From Parcubacteria group bacterium (GTDB lineage Bacteria; Patescibacteriota; Minisyncoccia; SW-4-49-11), in the NCBI GenBank assembly GCA_943354045.1, contig CALRBF010000003.1, forward strand, positions 4,703 to 68,702: a stretch of 64,000 nt of DNA, read 5' to 3'. The notes beneath the pieces are model-generated. The model had not been told where the DNA came from. It saw only the letters and a program-made list of their open reading frames with translations, and ran no database searches. The translations under genes were made by a program, and so were the position numbers. Shown here piece by piece: positions 59,155-64,000 of this stretch (the first letter of the stretch is position 1; each line of letters begins with the position of its first letter).

Positions 59155-60438
59155 ATGGTGAAAGCCTTTATAAAAAAACAATATCATAGCCCCCTATTTC
59201 GTGGAGGTATGATTGTATTTATGGGATCATTTGGAGTGGGAGCTCTCAATTATATATTCAATATTATTGTCGCTCGTATACTCGACAAAGAGCAACTTGG
59301 TACTTTTGCAAGTTTATTCTCCCTACTCACCATCATCATCGTATTAGGAGGTGCCTTGAGTTTAGTCGTAATCAAATTCTCCTCGGTACTCTATGCCAAA
59401 AAAGATTATCCCGCACTTGCTTCTTTTATACGAGCTTTATCCTATTATCTTGGACTCATATCACTCGGGCTTATTATTCTATTTGGTATTGCAAGCCCCT
59501 TTATTTATCGATTTCTCCATCTTGAATCCTTTGGTCCACTTATCATACTCGCCTTGGCTCTCGGACTATCCCTCATAGGTTCTCTGGGTGGCAGTGTATT
59601 ACAAGGAACCCAAAGATTTGTCGGGTTTTCTCTATCCAGCCTATTTGGAGTAATAGCAAAAATACTAGCACTGATTATATTCACCCTACCTTTTTGGCCT
59701 ATGTCACCCGTGACTGGAGCAATGCTCGCGGTACCAATATCTAGTGTATTAATGCTAGTACTATCCCTTTATTTTCTCCGAGATATTTTAAAGGCATACA
59801 ATCCAGAAGCACCCCAATTACCCCATTTCAAATGGAAGGATATTATAATTTATACCATACCCACTACGGTTGCTGTATTAGGAATTACTCTCCTCAATTC
59901 TGTTGATATAATACTCGCCAAACATTATCTAATAGATGAGACATCTGGAGATTATGCAGGACTTGCCACATTAGGTAAAATAATATTCTTTGCTACTTCC
60001 GCCATTCCTGTTGCTATGTTCCCAATAGTATCCGCCCGCCACGCCGTCAATGAGCCTCATCACAAAATGCTGTATGCCTCACTCGCCTCAGTAGGACTGA
60101 TGAGCGTAATTGCATTTATATGTTATCAATATTTCCCCGAACTTATTGTCAAAATTTTATTAGGAGACAAATTCCTCCCTATTGTCCCATTACTTGGAAA
60201 ATTTGCCCTTATTATGGGAATGTATTCTCTTATCAATGTACTCGTCAATTATAATCTCTCTATTCAAAAATATAGTCTCAGTGTATTCCCTATTATAGGA
60301 AGCATTACTATGGCCATTGCCATTGTATATAATAATTCCTCCCTGGAGAGCATTGTGAATGCCGTATTCTGGAATATGACAGGACTATTTGTAATAATGT
60401 CATTGGTAAGCATATATCAAAATCGTAAAAGCACTTGA
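59155..60438 (+). CDS. MOP-superfamily oligosaccharide flippase (Wzx/MurJ-like)
   Basis: 427 aa, ~12-14 TM helices with flippase-like topology. Confidence 0.65.
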   Translation: MVKAFIKKQYHSPLFRGGMIVFMGSFGVGALNYIFNIIVARILDKEQLGTFASLFSLLTIIIVLGGALSLVVIKFSSVLYAKKDYPALASFIRALSYYLGLISLGLIILFGIASPFIYRFLHLESFGPLIILALALGLSLIGSLGGSVLQGTQRFVGFSLSSLFGVIAKILALIIFTLPFWPMSPVTGAMLAVPISSVLMLVLSLYFLRDILKAYNPEAPQLPHFKWKDIIIYTIPTTVAVLGITLLNSVDIILAKHYLIDETSGDYAGLATLGKIIFFATSAIPVAMFPIVSARHAVNEPHHKMLYASLASVGLMSVIAFICYQYFPELIVKILLGDKFLPIVPLLGKFALIMGMYSLINVLVNYNLSIQKYSLSVFPIIGSITMAIAIVYNNSSLESIVNAVFWNMTGLFVIMSLVSIYQNRKST

Positions 60439-60520
60439 TACAAATAATTTGTTCCTCGCTGGCGAGAGGCCCACATTAGCGAAATTAGATACGGGTCTTT
60501 TCTTAATATGTTATTATGTA

Positions 60521-60549
60521 TTTACAAATTAGCTAATCCATGATATAAT
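60521..60549 (+). promoter_or_regulatory. Near-consensus sigma70 promoter TTTACA - 17 nt - TGn-TATAAT
   Basis: TTTACA at 60521..60526, 17-nt spacer, tgaTATAAT at 60541..60549. Same extended -10 architecture as the promoter at 27513. Confidence 0.55.
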
Positions 60550-60555
60550 GTTTAT

Positions 60556-60740
60556 TATCCTATCATGGTAAATCCATGAAACTCCGTGAAACCCCTCCCA
60601 AAAACCCGCCAAAGGAGAATAAGGAGTCTAGCATGGAACCGGCCCCAAAGCCTATCGTGCAAGAACAGAGGAACACAATCCCTCCAAATAAAGTTTAATC
60701 CCTCCCCGACACCTTAACTTGGTGCTCGGGGAAATTTTTT
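60556..60740 (+). ncRNA. Candidate ~185-nt C-rich small RNA (or mRNA of a 40-aa Pro-rich peptide, ORF 60576..60698) between consensus promoter and terminator
   Basis: C-rich runs (cccctccc, ccctcccc, ccggcccc) in an AT-rich genome. Terminator hairpin 60704..60731 (ccccgacacc / ggtgctcgggg, loop ttaactt) followed by a T-run. The alternative peptide reads MKLRETPPKNPPKENKESSMEPAPKPIVQEQRNTIPPNKV. Confidence 0.3.
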
Positions 60741-60790
60741 ATTCCACAACTCAAATATGATATACTATAATAGCACCTTGTAAAAAAGTC

Positions 60791-61411
60791 ATGTTATCCC
60801 AACTTCCGAAAACTCTCCGATTTGGACTTCAAGACCTGATTAATTTGATTCGTGAAACAAATCCTAGTATTAACCTTAGCTTATGGGGAAAGGGTGATGC
60901 AAAAACAGCAACACACCTTATTGATGAAGTAAATAATGGAGAATGTACCCTCGAATTGATTAATGGAGTATTGTATCGGAATATTAACGTTGTCAGTATT
61001 ACCATCACTTATCTTTCTCCAAATGGGTTACTCCATCTACAAGAAAAATATCAAATATTCACTGATAGCCGGCCACGTACTCGCAAGCTCCCCGACCGAT
61101 GTTCTGTCGCAGAGAAGATAAAGATCGGTAAAGAAGAACCTCGCCTAGAAGCAGCCCTAAGAGCTATCAATAGAGAAGAGTTGAGTGAAATTCAAGCCGT
61201 CCCCGTTATTGCAAGTCAATTACAATTTATCAGGACGATTCAGGGAGAAAACCACTCATCAAGTTATCCTGGCATTATCACTGATAAGACAGTTCATATT
61301 TTTGAATGTGTATTTACGGACGTGCAATTCAATCCGAAAGGTTATACCGAAATTCAAGACGATAAAAAAACTCATTTTCATTGGGTACCTGTGCCCTCTC
61401 AGCCAGTTTAG
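60791..61411 (+). CDS. Hypothetical protein
   Basis: 206 aa, GC-elevated. A degenerate Nudix-box-like stretch (GKEEPRLEAALRAINREELSEI) is too weak to rely on. Confidence 0.35.
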   Translation: MLSQLPKTLRFGLQDLINLIRETNPSINLSLWGKGDAKTATHLIDEVNNGECTLELINGVLYRNINVVSITITYLSPNGLLHLQEKYQIFTDSRPRTRKLPDRCSVAEKIKIGKEEPRLEAALRAINREELSEIQAVPVIASQLQFIRTIQGENHSSSYPGIITDKTVHIFECVFTDVQFNPKGYTEIQDDKKTHFHWVPVPSQPV

Positions 61412-61477
61412 CGACTGGCTTTTTCTTTACTTTTTTATCATAATATGCTAATATTGCTCTGATTTGCACCTTCCCAA

Positions 61478-62347
61478 TTGGGAGATATTATGAAACCTTT
61501 TCGACTTGTGTCCTGGAATATTGGTGAAGGAGGACAACCGTCTTACCTCATCAAAGAAAGCTATATATGGACTCCACGACTTACATCCATCGCTAATTCA
61601 ATCAACTTTCTAAAAGCAGATGTCGTGGGGGTGATTGACGCTTTTGGCTGGAATAAATGGCCAAAAGGATTGTTTGAGGAAAAATTTCCTGAATACCGGC
61701 TTTCCCTCTATCCTCTAGGAGATATTGAAGACATTAATTATGCCATTTTGGTGAAAAAAGATATTTCTCCTGAGGAAGTCTCAATTAAGTCCGTACATTT
61801 GTTTAGAGATCGCAACGTTATAGAAATATCATTATATGGAGTAAATATTACGGTGGCTTATCTGGATGCCAATGATGCTGACAAAAGAAGAGGGGAATTT
61901 TCTTGCTTACTCTCCACAATCAAGCAAGATATCATTTTTGGTGATTTCAATACCATATTTTTTGACACCAATATTCTCTTTAGCTCTATTCCAAAATTCT
62001 TCCAATATTGGAGAACATTTGGACTATGGCTTTGTAGTAAAGATGTAAGAGAGATGTTTGTTCATCCCAAAGTCTTAGAGGCTCAAGGATGGATACAAAT
62101 GGTCAATACTTCAAGTTTCCCATTACCCCATTTCTGGACGGGATTTTTGGCGAAAGGGATCAAATACCGTACAGCCTGGCTATGGAGGAATTTCTTCTTC
62201 CCTTGCCCGGCGCTTCAACTGGATCATTGTCTATGGAATACCCTGTCTAAGACACGAAGAGAAAATTTCCAGGTAGAAATAGTCTCCAGTACGTCAATTC
62301 AGAAGGCCTCAGATCACTGCCCCATTGTGATTGACTACACACCCTAG
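61478..62347 (+). CDS. Endonuclease/exonuclease/phosphatase (EEP) family protein
   Basis: 289 aa. N-terminal LVSWNIGEGG and C-terminal SDHCPIVIDY catalytic motifs of the EEP fold. Confidence 0.7.
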   Translation: MGDIMKPFRLVSWNIGEGGQPSYLIKESYIWTPRLTSIANSINFLKADVVGVIDAFGWNKWPKGLFEEKFPEYRLSLYPLGDIEDINYAILVKKDISPEEVSIKSVHLFRDRNVIEISLYGVNITVAYLDANDADKRRGEFSCLLSTIKQDIIFGDFNTIFFDTNILFSSIPKFFQYWRTFGLWLCSKDVREMFVHPKVLEAQGWIQMVNTSSFPLPHFWTGFLAKGIKYRTAWLWRNFFFPCPALQLDHCLWNTLSKTRRENFQVEIVSSTSIQKASDHCPIVIDYTP

Positions 62348-62380
62348 CCACTCCCCCTTACGGAGTGGCTTTTTTATTTT
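62346..62380 (+). terminator. Rho-independent terminator after the EEP gene
   Basis: 9-bp stem agccactcc / ggagtggct with a 7-nt loop, then tttttt. The 3' arm overlaps the end of the convergent GT2 gene. Confidence 0.7.
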
Positions 62381-63110
62381 TTAATTTTTTAACTTGCTTC
62401 TGATAATATCTCAAAATTCTAAGGCGATAAAATATTCCAAGGGTGTCAACAAAAGTATCTCGGGTAGTTTTATATGTCACACCACTTGCAGTTAGGTTGA
62501 GATATAATCTTACTGGCACTTCCAAAATAACATATTTATAATAGCGAGCTAATACCAACATCTCTATATCAAAAGCATAACGCTTTACCACCATTTGATC
62601 CATAATAAAGGTGATTTTCTCCCGCTCAAACCCCTTGAGACCCACCTGTGTATCGCTAACCCCCAATCCGAATAATGCAAAAGTAGTAAGTTGCGCACAA
62701 GCACTAATAACTCGTCGGAAAAAAGGATATTGAATCACCGAACCTCGAGCCCGTTTTGACCCAATCACCACAGGGGCTTCGGTAATCTGTAGGGTTGCAA
62801 TCACCAAAGAAATATTCTCAACCGGAAAATCAAGACCCGCATCATAGAAAACCACATATTTACCCTTAGCAAATTGCAATCCATACTTCAGAGCCCAACC
62901 CTTACCTTGATTCGGGGTAGAGAGATTAACGGAGGTCAACTCTGACTCATAGGGGTAGGCCGCATCAAAAGTCTCCTGACATCCATCAATTGCAATAATA
63001 ATTTCTATATTTTCTGGCTGTTTGATAGCATAAGCCTCGAGAGCTAGAATTGTTTTGGCGATATTCTCCTTCTCCTTATAAGCCGGTACAACAATACTAA
63101 TATCAACCAT
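62358..63110 (-). CDS. Glycosyltransferase family 2 (polyprenyl-phosphate glycosyltransferase-like)
   Basis: 250 aa. ISIVVPAYKEKENI and DxD region of GT-A/DPM1-like enzymes. Confidence 0.75.
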   Translation of the reverse strand: MVDISIVVPAYKEKENIAKTILALEAYAIKQPENIEIIIAIDGCQETFDAAYPYESELTSVNLSTPNQGKGWALKYGLQFAKGKYVVFYDAGLDFPVENISLVIATLQITEAPVVIGSKRARGSVIQYPFFRRVISACAQLTTFALFGLGVSDTQVGLKGFEREKITFIMDQMVVKRYAFDIEMLVLARYYKYVILEVPVRLYLNLTASGVTYKTTRDTFVDTLGIFYRLRILRYYQKQVKKLKNKKATP

Positions 63111-63174
63111 ATATTATGATAAATTCTTATCCTTATAATAGCATAGAAATTATATTTTATGCAAAAATATCTTA

Positions 63175-63984
63175 TTATTTTCTCCCCCAAAACCAAACTG
63201 TTTGAATCCCTAGCCACACAAAACCTAATATTGCGAGGATAATGAGTCCATAGGATATAATCTCTGCAATTACTACATTCCGAGCTTTATGATAACCAAA
63301 TTCACATTCTGAATTAGCGGGTAATATGGCTGATTGAGTAAGCCCATTGAGCTCAGACTTGGTATTAATAGTTTTATCTCCACAAGCCCATTTGAATTGA
63401 GGATTATAGACTTCTGCCACATTGACATTTCTCTCCTTATCCCCCGTTCTCACCATGGGACTATAAGAAAATCCAACCTCCATTTTATCTCCAGAGATAT
63501 ATTCTTTTACATCTGGTACTTCATAAATACGATATCCCTCTATAGTAGATTTCACCCATTTTAATTCTGACTTCCTATCTAGGAGATAGCAAGCTACCAG
63601 ATTTCGATTTTCCTTGAATCTATCATCACAATAATTATCGTAGCTCGTCGTCACAATATATTTGACATTATTTTCTCGTAGTATAGGGACCCATTCTGGA
63701 ACAGAATATTGAAGGAGTATTTTTTCAAAATTATTAAATACTCTCTGATCAATAGCCATAGCTCGCGTATGATTCCAAGCCCCATCATCATCCCGCGTTA
63801 AGTCAAGAATACGATATTCCTGATTAGGATTAAGTTTATCTATTATTTTTTTTGCCCTATCAATACCAGGATAATGATCCTCCATAGAAGGTACCGTATA
63901 AAATGTATACATTTTTAGACCCTGATACCGAGCTGAAACTAATATCATTATCAGGAATACAGGAATAGAAAATACCCCCACCAT
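63175..63984 (-). CDS. Hypothetical protein with N-terminal TM anchor
   Basis: 269 aa. One N-terminal and one C-terminal hydrophobic helix, no recognisable family. Confidence 0.35.
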   Translation of the reverse strand: MVGVFSIPVFLIMILVSARYQGLKMYTFYTVPSMEDHYPGIDRAKKIIDKLNPNQEYRILDLTRDDDGAWNHTRAMAIDQRVFNNFEKILLQYSVPEWVPILRENNVKYIVTTSYDNYCDDRFKENRNLVACYLLDRKSELKWVKSTIEGYRIYEVPDVKEYISGDKMEVGFSYSPMVRTGDKERNVNVAEVYNPQFKWACGDKTINTKSELNGLTQSAILPANSECEFGYHKARNVVIAEIISYGLIILAILGFVWLGIQTVWFWGRK

Positions 63985-64000
63985 ACGCCATTGCTTTGCC

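Noticed and set aside
60791-61411. Nudix assignment for the 206-aa hypothetical protein
   Set aside because: The candidate box (GKEEPRLEAALRAINREELSEI) lacks the conserved Glu at position 7 and the EExGU core, and is positioned atypically late. Not sufficient to call.
1-64000. Alternative genetic code (UGA recoding as in Gracilibacteria/Absconditabacteria)
   Set aside because: Well-supported genes terminate at TGA (for example the pfkB-family kinase ends in the ATGA overlap), and no conserved protein is interrupted by in-frame TGA. The standard bacterial code fits.
1-64000. CRISPR arrays, rRNA genes, additional tRNAs
   Set aside because: No regularly spaced direct repeats were found. The only tRNA-like GC-rich cloverleaf is at 28501..28575. 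No rRNA-like conserved stretches are present.

Overview
AT-rich (roughly one-third GC by eye), gene-dense bacterial window with short intergenic gaps, frequent 1-4 nt translational overlaps and standard genetic code (TGA used as stop). The gene content, streamlined enzymes and AT bias are consistent with a reduced, fermentative, possibly Patescibacteria/CPR-like lineage; that lineage assignment is inference only. Content is mainly housekeeping: aminoacyl-tRNA synthetases (partial tyrS, leuS, proS, cysS), recA, glycolysis (gpmA plus a tandem paralog, pgk), an ADP-forming acetyl-CoA synthetase, a CCA-adding enzyme, tsaE, cell-envelope genes (LCP, FemAB, VanW, GT2/GT4, S41 protease, a flippase), a polyprenyl synthase plus squalene/phytoene-synthase pair, a complete 9-gene V/A-type ATPase operon, a P-type ATPase, an orphan histidine kinase, two ABC systems, a COG0523/CooC-like metallochaperone cluster and one tRNA-Thr. 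Unusual items worth a second look: (1) a 2.1 kb islet carrying a DinD/Bro-N-like gene, bounded by perfect 56-bp direct repeats that duplicate the 3' end of the V-ATPase D gene; (2) a ~200-aa HAD-phosphatase-like domain inserted in frame into LeuRS just before the editing domain; (3) a single 996-aa polypeptide made of two complete GspE/PilB secretion ATPases; (4) two C-rich, GC-elevated units, each driven by a textbook sigma70 consensus promoter and ended by a strong terminator, the first sitting beside tRNA-Thr; (5) an IS200/RAYT-like HUH transposase gene carrying two inverted copies of a GC-rich palindrome inside its own reading frame; (6) a perfect palindromic operator candidate in front of the COG0523 cluster. 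No rRNA and no CRISPR array are present.
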